Source of the DNA: Promethearchaeota archaeon
GTDB lineage: Archaea; Asgardarchaeota; Lokiarchaeia; Sigyniarchaeales; SOKP01
Length of the DNA: 10,819 nucleotides
NCBI GenBank assembly: GCA_048941265.1
Contig: JBHLNT010000144.1
Coordinates: 1-10,819, forward strand
Direction of reading: 5' to 3'
The position numbers were made by a program, and so were the translations under genes. Each line of letters begins with the position of its first letter. Positions within the stretch are counted from its first letter, which is position 1. This document shows positions 1 through 8,037 of the stretch, in pieces. The notes under the pieces are model-generated. The model saw only the letters and a list, made by a program, of their open reading frames with translations, was not told where the DNA came from and did no database searches.

Positions 1-1533
1 TTGAATACTTTTAATATAAAACCGGGAAAGCCAGATGATCCTGGCAATAGGATTGCAACTATGGCTCTTAATACACACAGGCATTTGGAACTCTACTATG
101 CCATCCCCTGTAGTGGTGCAGTACTCCATCCAATCAACATAAGGCTTGCTCAGGATCACATTATTTATACTATTAACCATGCTGAGGATAAAATTATTTT
201 TTTTGATGATCTTTTTTTACCCTTAGTTGAAGCCATTTATGATAAAATAAAGGATACTGTAGAGAGATTTGTTTATATGTCTGATAAACCAGGATTGCCT
301 AATACTAAGATTGAAAATCTTTATGAATATGAAGTGCTACTTGAGCAGGAATCCGAGGAATTTGAATGGCCACATTTAAGTGAGGATAATTATGCCACTC
401 TTTGTTATACTACGGGTACTACAGGATTACCCAAAGGAGCAATGTTCACTCACCGAGCCCTTTATCTTCAAACTTTACATTTAGTCGCTCATGCCAGTTT
501 TATTAATGATCCTTCCTATGTGATGCTTGGTGAAAATATCGTGTTCATGATGATTACCCCCCTATATCATGTCCATGCTTGGTGTGCGCCTTTTATTTAT
601 GGTTTTTTGACTGCAAAATTGGTTTTGCCTGGTACTTTCACAGTTGAAGGTTTTTGTGAGTTAGTTCAGACTGAAAAAGTTACAGATACTGCCGTGGTTC
701 CAACAATTCTGGCTTTACTTGTTGAATATGAGGATTTGGAAAAATATGATTTGAGCAGCCTTACCTATGTTAGAGTGGGCGGTGGAGCATTACCCTTGGG
801 TTTAAAAACTAAAGTTGAGAAGAAAATTCCTGGATTTTCGGCAACCTCGGGATACGGAATGACTGAAACTGCGCCCACTACAATCAGATCTTTTGTAAAG
901 AAATATATGAGAGATTGGTCAAAGGAAAAACTGGATGAGGTGAGAGTTAAGACGGGGCTTCCTATTCCCGGAATTGAGGTAGAAGTAGTCGACGAAAAAG
1001 GAAAACTCGTCCCGCATGATAATAAAACGATCGGACAAATCGTTATTCGAGGTCCCTGGGTTATTGAAAAATATTATAAAAATCCTGAAAAAACCGCTGA
1101 TGTATGGTATGATGGATGGTTTCATACGGGTGATGTAGCCAAGGTTGATGAGGAAGATTTCATAATAATTGCTGATAGGATGTCAGATGTTATTAGAAGC
1201 GGCTCTGAAATGATTCCAACAGTACTCCTTGAAAATCTTGCGAATATGGCCGATTTTGTTCTTGAAGCTACCGTCGTGGGTGTCCCGGATGAAGTATGGG
1301 GAGAAAAACCTCTTGCCATCATAAAACTTGTACCAAATTCCGATAAAACTGAAGAAGATTTTATTGAATTTCTGAATTTGGAGGGTGTAGAGAAAGGAAA
1401 AATAACGAAATGGATGCTTCCAAAATTAGTTGCTATTGTCGATGAAGTACCCAAAACAAGTGTAGGAAAATATAATAAAAGAGAGATTAAGAAAAATTTA
1501 TCAAAATATCTGGCGATAGCAAAAGAAATATAA
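1..1533 (+). CDS. Long/medium-chain fatty acid--CoA ligase (AMP-binding ANL superfamily, AlkK/DmdB-like); 5'-truncated by the window edge
   Basis: Motifs RIATMALNTHRHLELYYAIPCSGAVLHPINIRL, P-loop YTTGTTGLPKG, GYGMTET, GWFHTGDVA and C-terminal PKTSVGK (catalytic Lys). The frame is open from base 1 and homologues normally have several tens of residues more at the N-terminus, so the true start is probably upstream. Confidence 0.93.
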   Translation: MNTFNIKPGKPDDPGNRIATMALNTHRHLELYYAIPCSGAVLHPINIRLAQDHIIYTINHAEDKIIFFDDLFLPLVEAIYDKIKDTVERFVYMSDKPGLPNTKIENLYEYEVLLEQESEEFEWPHLSEDNYATLCYTTGTTGLPKGAMFTHRALYLQTLHLVAHASFINDPSYVMLGENIVFMMITPLYHVHAWCAPFIYGFLTAKLVLPGTFTVEGFCELVQTEKVTDTAVVPTILALLVEYEDLEKYDLSSLTYVRVGGGALPLGLKTKVEKKIPGFSATSGYGMTETAPTTIRSFVKKYMRDWSKEKLDEVRVKTGLPIPGIEVEVVDEKGKLVPHDNKTIGQIVIRGPWVIEKYYKNPEKTADVWYDGWFHTGDVAKVDEEDFIIIADRMSDVIRSGSEMIPTVLLENLANMADFVLEATVVGVPDEVWGEKPLAIIKLVPNSDKTEEDFIEFLNLEGVEKGKITKWMLPKLVAIVDEVPKTSVGKYNKREIKKNLSKYLAIAKEI

Positions 1534-1730
1534 TAAAATATAAATTTGCAGCATGATGGTTTACTTTTTGATAAAGAGGAGATACTTAGTATATTATGAA
1601 TTAAGAACAAATAACTTGGAATTTAAATAGCGAAATTTTGAGAGATAAAAAATACAAAAGATCCAGAAAGAAATATTATGAATAACCATTCCTTAGCTAT
1701 ACTGATGTTAAAATTGGTACCAAATTATAT

Positions 1731-2213
1731 TTATGCTCGAACCATTAAAATCGGAATTTTTGTATTTTTTATAATATAATCCGAAATTTGGCCAAATACT
1801 GTGGTAAAGCTTCTACTGGCAGATTTTGCACCTAAAACACATAAATCATAGCCGTTTTTATTAATTTCATCGACAATTTCTTTTCCAGGATTTCCATTTC
1901 TCATTTTAAATTCATATTTTAGTTCAGGATTGCTTTCTTTTATATAATCTTCAATTTTTTTAAAAACAGCCTTTCCGATTTCCTCCGTTCTAGCTTGAAG
2001 AAGCATAATATCATCCACTTGGCTTAAGGATTTCTTTATTTCTGCTTCTCCTCTATAAACTTCTTTAATATAATCATCTGTGATTACATATAAAAAGATT
2101 AATTGCGATTTCATGGATTCTGCGATTTTAATAGCAAATTCTACAGCTTCATAGCTATCATTAGAGCCATCCACTCCCGCTAAAATTTTTTTAAAAATTG
2201 AAAATTTTATCAC
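1731..2213 (-). CDS. Universal stress protein (UspA family, single domain)
   Basis: FKKILAGVDGS N-terminus, GNPGKEIVD, YDLCVLG, GQISDYIIKNTKIPILMVR. The start is uncertain because the GTG lies inside the SD-like GAGGTGAT. Confidence 0.93.
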   Translation of the reverse strand: MIKFSIFKKILAGVDGSNDSYEAVEFAIKIAESMKSQLIFLYVITDDYIKEVYRGEAEIKKSLSQVDDIMLLQARTEEIGKAVFKKIEDYIKESNPELKYEFKMRNGNPGKEIVDEINKNGYDLCVLGAKSASRSFTTVFGQISDYIIKNTKIPILMVRA

Positions 2214-2225
2214 CTCTATAAAATC

Positions 2226-4331
2226 TTAAAAAACAATTAAAGCTCCATATAATAGAAAAATAGGAGCAAAAGTAATTGAAATCGTGTTAATTACCTTAAT
2301 AAAAACATGAAGGGAAGGGCCTGCCGTATCTTTTAAAGGATCACCAAATGTATCTCCAACTATGGCTGCTGAATGTGCGGTTGTTCCCTTTCCTCCCATT
2401 TGCCCATCTTCAATAGCTTTTTTAGCATTATCTAAGGCTCCACCTCCGGTATTCATTAAAAATCCCAATAATATCCCTGAAATTGTTCCTGATATTAAAA
2501 ATGCTGCAATAGCTGCCGTTCCGAACAGAAAACCTAACAATAAAGGTGTAATTACTGAAATTAACGCTGGAAAAATCATTTGTTTTAATGCTACTTTTGT
2601 TGCGACGTCAATACAATTTTCATAATCAGGTGTTGAAGTTCCTTTCAGAATACCGGGATTTTCAACAAATTGTCTTTTTATCTCTTTAATCATAGCATAA
2701 GCTGATTTACCGGTTGCTCTAATCGCTAAAGATGAGAAGTAAAACGGAGTTGCAGCACCTATTAATAAAGAAACCATGATAATAGGATGATATATATTAA
2801 TATCACTTAAATGGGTTTCTTCTAAATATGCTTCGTATAAAATTATAGCAGATAATGCCGCGCAGGTCATTCCGAATCCTTTTGCTAAAGCTTTTGTAGT
2901 ATTACCTAAAGAATCCAATCGATCTAAATTTTTTCTTACCTCTGCTCCAAGATGAGTCATTTCAGCAATTCCTGCTGCATTATCGGAAACAGGACCAAAA
3001 CCATCAAAACCTAAAATAATTGTTGTCATAGCTAACAACCCCATGGTAGCTACTGTTACTCCAAATACCCCCCCAATAAATGGATCTATTCCATTTAATG
3101 CCCCATAATTATATCCTAAAGCAAAGCAAAAAAGAATACCGCATACGTAAGTTATTACTGGAAGTGTAGTGGATTCTAAACCAACAGCAAAACCACTGAT
3201 GACATTTGTTGCAGGCCCAGTTTCAGAACTTCTTATAATCTCTTTAACAGGTCGATATTTAGAGGATGTAAAATAATTTACTATAAAATAAGTTGATATT
3301 CCTAATAAAATTCCTAGACCTGAGCAAATAAATAAAATCCACCAATAATTGCCAAAAGAAATCCACGTTAAAAAGAAAAAGAAGAATGTACATATAAATG
3401 AAGTTATAATCAAACCACGACCAAAAGCATTTATTGGGTCAGAATTTTCATTTTTCATTTTCACAAAATAACTTCCAATAATTGCAGCAAAATTTCCGAG
3501 TGCTCTTGATACTAATGAAAATATAATAAATAAGGGATTATTCAATAGAATACTTAAAGTAACTCCTATTATCATAGCTCCGATATTGTTAGCAGATGAA
3601 GATTCAAAAAGATCTGCTCCTCTTCCGGCGCAATCTCCAACGTTATCTCCAACATTATCCGCTATTACAGCAGGATTTCTGTAATCATCTTCAGGTAGCC
3701 TTTCTTCCAATTTTCCTACGATATCTGCTCCAATATCTGCTCCTTTTGTAAAAATTCCACCTCCCAATTGTGCAAATAATGCTGCAAAGGATGCTCCAAA
3801 GCCAAACCCTACGATATTGAGTATGGTAAAATCAAACAATATGTATAATATGCAAATTCCCAATAAGGATGCAGATATTACTGAAATTCCCGTAACCATG
3901 CCTGAATCGAACTCAATTTTTAATGCTCTTTTAATATCTTTTTTACATGCTTGAGTTACCTTAACATTTGCCATCGTTGAGGAAATCATACTAATATAAC
4001 TGGCAAGGATAGAGCTAATTGCCCCAATAATAAATGAAACTGACATTGGAATACTGATAAAAAAAAGTATTGCTGTAATAATCACTAAAACAATAGATAC
4101 AGTTTTATACTGTCTTTTTAAAAACGCTTTTGAACCTAATTTAATTATATTATGAATCTTATACATCTCCTCGGTTCCATTATCTAATTTGCTTAACTTT
4201 CTTATAATCCAGATAATATAAATAAAGCCGAAGATTGATAGAGCAATCGTCAAATTGAATAAGATCCAATATAAAATAACAAAATGATTTCCAATTGCAT
4301 TTAAATTAAAGTCCTGAGGCAAGAATATCAC
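2226..4331 (-). CDS. hppA: Membrane-integral ion-translocating pyrophosphatase, predicted K+-independent H+-PPase
   Basis: Polytopic hydrophobic protein with GGGIFTKGADIGADIVGK, EDDYRNPAVIADNVGDNVGDCAG, DGFGPVSDNA, GNTTKA (Lys at the K+-dependence position), DNAKK and GDTFGDPLKDTAGP. The real start may be TTG at 4322 (GTGA-N5-TTG). Confidence 0.96.
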   Translation of the reverse strand: MIFLPQDFNLNAIGNHFVILYWILFNLTIALSIFGFIYIIWIIRKLSKLDNGTEEMYKIHNIIKLGSKAFLKRQYKTVSIVLVIITAILFFISIPMSVSFIIGAISSILASYISMISSTMANVKVTQACKKDIKRALKIEFDSGMVTGISVISASLLGICILYILFDFTILNIVGFGFGASFAALFAQLGGGIFTKGADIGADIVGKLEERLPEDDYRNPAVIADNVGDNVGDCAGRGADLFESSSANNIGAMIIGVTLSILLNNPLFIIFSLVSRALGNFAAIIGSYFVKMKNENSDPINAFGRGLIITSFICTFFFFFLTWISFGNYWWILFICSGLGILLGISTYFIVNYFTSSKYRPVKEIIRSSETGPATNVISGFAVGLESTTLPVITYVCGILFCFALGYNYGALNGIDPFIGGVFGVTVATMGLLAMTTIILGFDGFGPVSDNAAGIAEMTHLGAEVRKNLDRLDSLGNTTKALAKGFGMTCAALSAIILYEAYLEETHLSDINIYHPIIMVSLLIGAATPFYFSSLAIRATGKSAYAMIKEIKRQFVENPGILKGTSTPDYENCIDVATKVALKQMIFPALISVITPLLLGFLFGTAAIAAFLISGTISGILLGFLMNTGGGALDNAKKAIEDGQMGGKGTTAHSAAIVGDTFGDPLKDTAGPSLHVFIKVINTISITFAPIFLLYGALIVF

Positions 4332-4903
4332 ATATTAATTATTTTGGTATAACAAATATATATTGATTTAATTATTCCTAATATCCTAATGAGTCGAAAT
4401 ATTATGAAAGAAAATTCGAACTGGTTAATAAAAATTTTGATTTTTATAAACATTCTTCAATAAATACATCAGTTTAGTTATAGTATTCTTTTTTTACTTA
4501 ATTTTCTATATCATTTCCAGCTTTATATGCCACTCTCTTTTTACTAAAATTAGTAATCAAAAACACTTGCTATAATGAAGGTTAACGCTTATTTTAGATT
4601 CTTATAAAATTATACCAGCGCATAATCAATTTGAGATATCTCCGTTATTATAGAGAAATGAATAGGTAACTTTTTATGAACCAAATAAAATAATAGTAAA
4701 GGCGTATAGTCCATTAACTCATAGTAAAAAATTAGATCATTTAACAATTGCTAGATTCATATTACTAATTAATGCAATTGAATATTATTGGACCTTTTTT
4801 TTTCCTAAGAAAGTATAAAAATGGTTGATTTATGATAAAAAAACTTGAAAGGTTATTTATTCTCGAAAATTCTCCAAGATTTCTTCTCGAATAATCAGAG
4901 TTG

Positions 4904-5884
4904 TTATTTTGCAAAGTAATCATCAAACATAAAGAAATGTTCATCTTCTTGAGAAATAATTTGTTCAAATAAAACGCGAGTTGGATAATCTCCTATTTTT
5001 GTTGCTTCAGCGATAATTTTTCTGTATAATACAATAGCATAATCTTCTGCTTTACGATCTTCTATTAACCAATCTTGAGGAGTTTCTCCCACAATCGGTA
5101 AGGGGTCAGGTTCTACGACAGATTCTCCATCGAGTCGATATAATCGCTCAGTAATTTTCTCAAAATGCTCCATTTCTTGTAAAAATATTTTTTTTAACAT
5201 ATCACTAAGAACAGATGCTTTATTCTTTTCCGTTACCACCTCTAGAGGGTTACTACGCTTTCGATAGGTCAATTTACTTGCTTTTTCATGTTGGGTCGTA
5301 TATTGTATTATTGCAGATATCTCTGCAGCAATTGCTTTATTTAACAATGTAAGATAATCAGGTGTTATAGCTTTCATCCAATCTACATCAGGTGCTTTTG
5401 GCTCTTTTAAATCACTTTCAATTTCAGCCCATTCTTGGAATTTAAACAAATGTACTTCTTCCTCACTATAAATTTTTTCGAATAATTGTTTAGTCTCCCA
5501 GTCTCCAAGATTTTCTGCCATATCTATTATCTTTCGATACATTATTAAAGCTTCTTCCTCTGCTTTAACTCCTTCTCTTGCAAAATCTTTTAAAGTTTCA
5601 CCAATAATAGGTTTAGAACCTTTAGTGGTTGCTTCTCCTCCTAAATAATAAATACGCTCCATAATCGCTCCTAAATGTTTCATTTCTTGAATTGATATTT
5701 GCTTTAATGTATTACCAATTACATCATAAGTTGAGTCTTCCACTAAGATATTTTCCCGGATAACTTTTTGAAGTATTTTTTCCATTTTCGAATGTTGAAT
5801 GCTATATTGAATAGAAACCTGCAGTTCTCTAGCTACAGCCTGATTTAATAAATCAAAATATTCCGAAGTTGGTTTAACCGCCAT
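4904..5884 (-). CDS. Tandem (two-domain) bacterioferritin-like / ferritin-superfamily diiron protein
   Basis: Two homologous four-helix-bundle repeats, each with E..Y, EMxH, E..Y and ExxH (QEMKH/EEEVH; QEMEH/QEDEH). Start placed at ATG 5884, 5 nt after SD-like AAGTGA; the ORF track GTG at 5893 is part of that motif. Confidence 0.9.
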   Translation of the reverse strand: MAVKPTSEYFDLLNQAVARELQVSIQYSIQHSKMEKILQKVIRENILVEDSTYDVIGNTLKQISIQEMKHLGAIMERIYYLGGEATTKGSKPIIGETLKDFAREGVKAEEEALIMYRKIIDMAENLGDWETKQLFEKIYSEEEVHLFKFQEWAEIESDLKEPKAPDVDWMKAITPDYLTLLNKAIAAEISAIIQYTTQHEKASKLTYRKRSNPLEVVTEKNKASVLSDMLKKIFLQEMEHFEKITERLYRLDGESVVEPDPLPIVGETPQDWLIEDRKAEDYAIVLYRKIIAEATKIGDYPTRVLFEQIISQEDEHFFMFDDYFAK

Positions 5885-5927
5885 AATTTTCACTTTTTAA
5901 TTTTATTCATACAATATAATAAGTTAT

Positions 5928-5935
5928 TTTTATAA
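5928..5935 (-). promoter_or_regulatory. Candidate TATA box for the ferritin-like gene
   Basis: TTATAAAA on the minus strand about 44 nt upstream of ATG 5884, leaving room for a short SD-containing leader. The AT-rich background limits certainty. Confidence 0.4.
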
Positions 5936-6077
5936 TCTAGATTCATACTTCTATTTTTAAACTTGCCCACAATAATTCATAAATACTTGATTTTAAGATG
6001 AACGCAATGATTGAAACAAAAAAAAATCATTAAAAAGTAAAAATATAGATATGTTAACAATGATCAAAAATTAATTT

Positions 6078-6118
6078 ATTTTAGATAAAACGATTCACAG
6101 ATGCTATTTATCTAAAAT
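6078..6118. repeat. Perfect 12-bp inverted repeat with a 17-nt spacer
   Basis: attttagataaa (6078-6089) and tttatctaaaat (6107-6118); extends to 15 of 16 pairs across one mismatch. Confidence 0.75.
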
Positions 6119-6453
6119 TAATAATAAAGGCAAAATTAACATACCTAAAATCAGAAAAACTATCATTAATAATGTTTTAAATCCTTTTTGGGATTTCAAG
6201 TGGTTAATATAATACTTCAAATTGCATTTGTTATTGAAATTCATATTTATTTTCCTCATAATAGAACTAATTTTAAATAATTAATATTTTTAGATATAAA
6301 AAATTACAAGATTTCTCTTTACAAAAAAATACCTCTTAAATTAGAAATATACTGTTTAAATTGATAAAAGAATAAAAAATTCAGAAGTAGAATATCAAAA
6401 ATCTTATGAATATATCATATTACTCCAAAAATATCAAATAAAATAAATAAAAA

Positions 6454-7032
6454 TTATTTAACGACGCGATAATGAATATTTGTAATCTGATCCGACTGTG
6501 TTAAGCTAATCATTTCTAGTTCAGTCCTTGTAAAGCCTTGGCGTCTGAAAAACGGAACTCCATCACCAAGTAGGACTGGTACAATATGGATAAAAATTTC
6601 GTCGATAAGTCCGGCATCAATACATTGCCGGGCAACAGAGGCTCCTATAATGACAACATTTTTGCCGGCTGCTGCTTTTAGGGCACGATTGATAGCTTCA
6701 GAGATGTCTCCTTTCAGGAAGGTGATCGTTGGATCTTCTGAAGCGTCTGGAGGATGATGCGTGAGCACAATTTGCGGTCCTGTCCAGAGACCTTCGTATG
6801 GTTTTTGGGTTTCGGGAGGTGCATTTTCTTTCCTTCCCACTTCATAACTTCGTCTGCCCACTAATAATGCACCTGTTGTTCGAATAACCTCATCAATTTC
6901 ATCCTTGGGATAAGAATATTTGAAAATCCAATCCATTGCATCACCCGATCCTGCGATGAAGCCATCCAAGGACATTGTTGTATGCCATAAAACAATTCCC
7001 GCTGATTTTGCACGTTTTTGTTGTTTTGACAC
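6454..7032 (-). CDS. Dihydrofolate reductase-fold / RibD C-terminal domain protein
   Basis: MSLDGFIAG, GALLVGRRSY, KNVVIIGASVARQCIDAGLIDEIFIHIVPVLLGDGVPFF. GAGGT SD at 7046-7042, 9 nt upstream of the GTG. Confidence 0.92.
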   Translation of the reverse strand: MSKQQKRAKSAGIVLWHTTMSLDGFIAGSGDAMDWIFKYSYPKDEIDEVIRTTGALLVGRRSYEVGRKENAPPETQKPYEGLWTGPQIVLTHHPPDASEDPTITFLKGDISEAINRALKAAAGKNVVIIGASVARQCIDAGLIDEIFIHIVPVLLGDGVPFFRRQGFTRTELEMISLTQSDQITNIHYRVVK

Positions 7033-7488
7033 GCTTATAATACCTCTTGTTTACCACTATTTTGCTCGTGAATTAATCTCTTTAATATTAAATTACATTT
7101 TATCAATTTCCCTCGATGAAAACTAAATGGTTAATGAGAATTTAAGTAAATGCATTATAAATTATAAAAGAGAAGTGCTAATAATAATAGAATCTTTGGC
7201 TTAGACACACATCCATTTCTTTATTCCGATATCCCTCTTCAAATTGTCAATAGATGTTACTTACCATTAAATCGGTCCCTATCATAACTAATCCATCTTA
7301 ATTAAGTATATGATGAGAGAGATTTATTTAAGCCAAATTTTGAAGTTATTTATAATTTAATGATATTTTAGATCAAGAACCTCATTATATTAAGCTAAAA
7401 TGAGTAACATTGATTTTTTATTATCAGTAACTTTAAGAAATTGAGCTTTCTCAAGTTCATCAATTAAGAAATGATAAAGGTGAAGATT

Positions 7489-8016
7489 ATGACTGAAACT
7501 AAAGGTAAACTATTAAAGAGTAAAAATAAAAATATCTCTAACATTATAGCAGAACCCGATAAGCAAGAATTCTTTGTCATATGGGAGTTAGACGCTCCAC
7601 GGGAACTCGTCTTTAAAGCTTACATTGAACCCGATTTACTTGTACAGTGGCTTGGTCCAAAAGATTATTCTTTAATCATTGAGACTTTTGAATCTATAAG
7701 CGGAGGAAAGTGGCGCTTTATTAATAAAGACAAGGAAGGTAATGAATATAAATTTCATGGTGTAAATCATGAAGTCCTTCCCCCAGAAAGAATTATTAGA
7801 ACTTTTGAATATGATGGACTTCCTGAATCTGGTCATGTTTCTCTTGAAACGGCACTTTTTGAAGAACTCCCCGGAAATAGAACTAAACTTACCATGCATT
7901 CTGTATTTTTGTCAGTAGCAGACCGTGATGGAATGGTCCAATCTATGGGCCAGGAAGATATGAATGAAATGTATGAGCGTTTAGATGTGCTTTTGAAAAA
8001 ATTAAAATCGGGTTAA
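7489..8016 (+). CDS. SRPBCC (START/Bet v1-like) domain protein, Aha1/CalC-like
   Basis: [61 protein letters not shown]. Start placed at ATG 7489 because AAGGTGA lies 5 nt upstream. Confidence 0.92.
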   Translation: MTETKGKLLKSKNKNISNIIAEPDKQEFFVIWELDAPRELVFKAYIEPDLLVQWLGPKDYSLIIETFESISGGKWRFINKDKEGNEYKFHGVNHEVLPPERIIRTFEYDGLPESGHVSLETALFEELPGNRTKLTMHSVFLSVADRDGMVQSMGQEDMNEMYERLDVLLKKLKSG

Positions 8017-8020
8017 TCAA

Positions 8021-8037
8021 TTTTTTTTTTATTTTTT
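8021..8037 (+). terminator. Archaeal oligo-T terminator of the SRPBCC gene
   Basis: T10-A-T6 starting 4 nt after the stop codon. Confidence 0.6.

Noticed and set aside
1537-1599. In-frame continuation (NINLQHDGLLFDKEEILSIL) after the ligase stop, suggesting readthrough
   Set aside because: It follows two consecutive TAA stops, and the ligase is already complete at its usual C-terminus.
919-1610. Minus-strand ORFs 919..1125 and 1122..1610
   Set aside because: Antisense shadows of the well-supported acyl-CoA ligase; no recognisable motifs.
2362-2625. Plus-strand 87-aa ORF
   Set aside because: Antisense to the conserved C-terminal part of hppA.
4765-4968. 67-aa minus-strand ORF overlapping the ferritin 3' end
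   Set aside because: Out-of-frame overlap with a real gene, composition typical of AT-rich non-coding DNA, and no SD or motif.
2226-5884. Idea that hppA plus the ferritin form an acidocalcisome- or iron-phosphate-granule module
   Set aside because: The genes are separated by about 570 nt of non-coding DNA, and no polyphosphate or metal-transport genes are nearby; adjacency alone is insufficient.
7178-7285. Short minus-strand frame with an internal TGA (MIGTDLMVSNIY*QFEEG...), considered as a selenoprotein or pseudogene
   Set aside because: No recognisable selenoprotein context, no SECIS-like structure identified, and no similarity to a family I know.
6920-7899. ORFs 6920..7126 (+) and 7672..7899 (-)
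   Set aside because: Antisense overlaps with the DHFR-like and SRPBCC genes.
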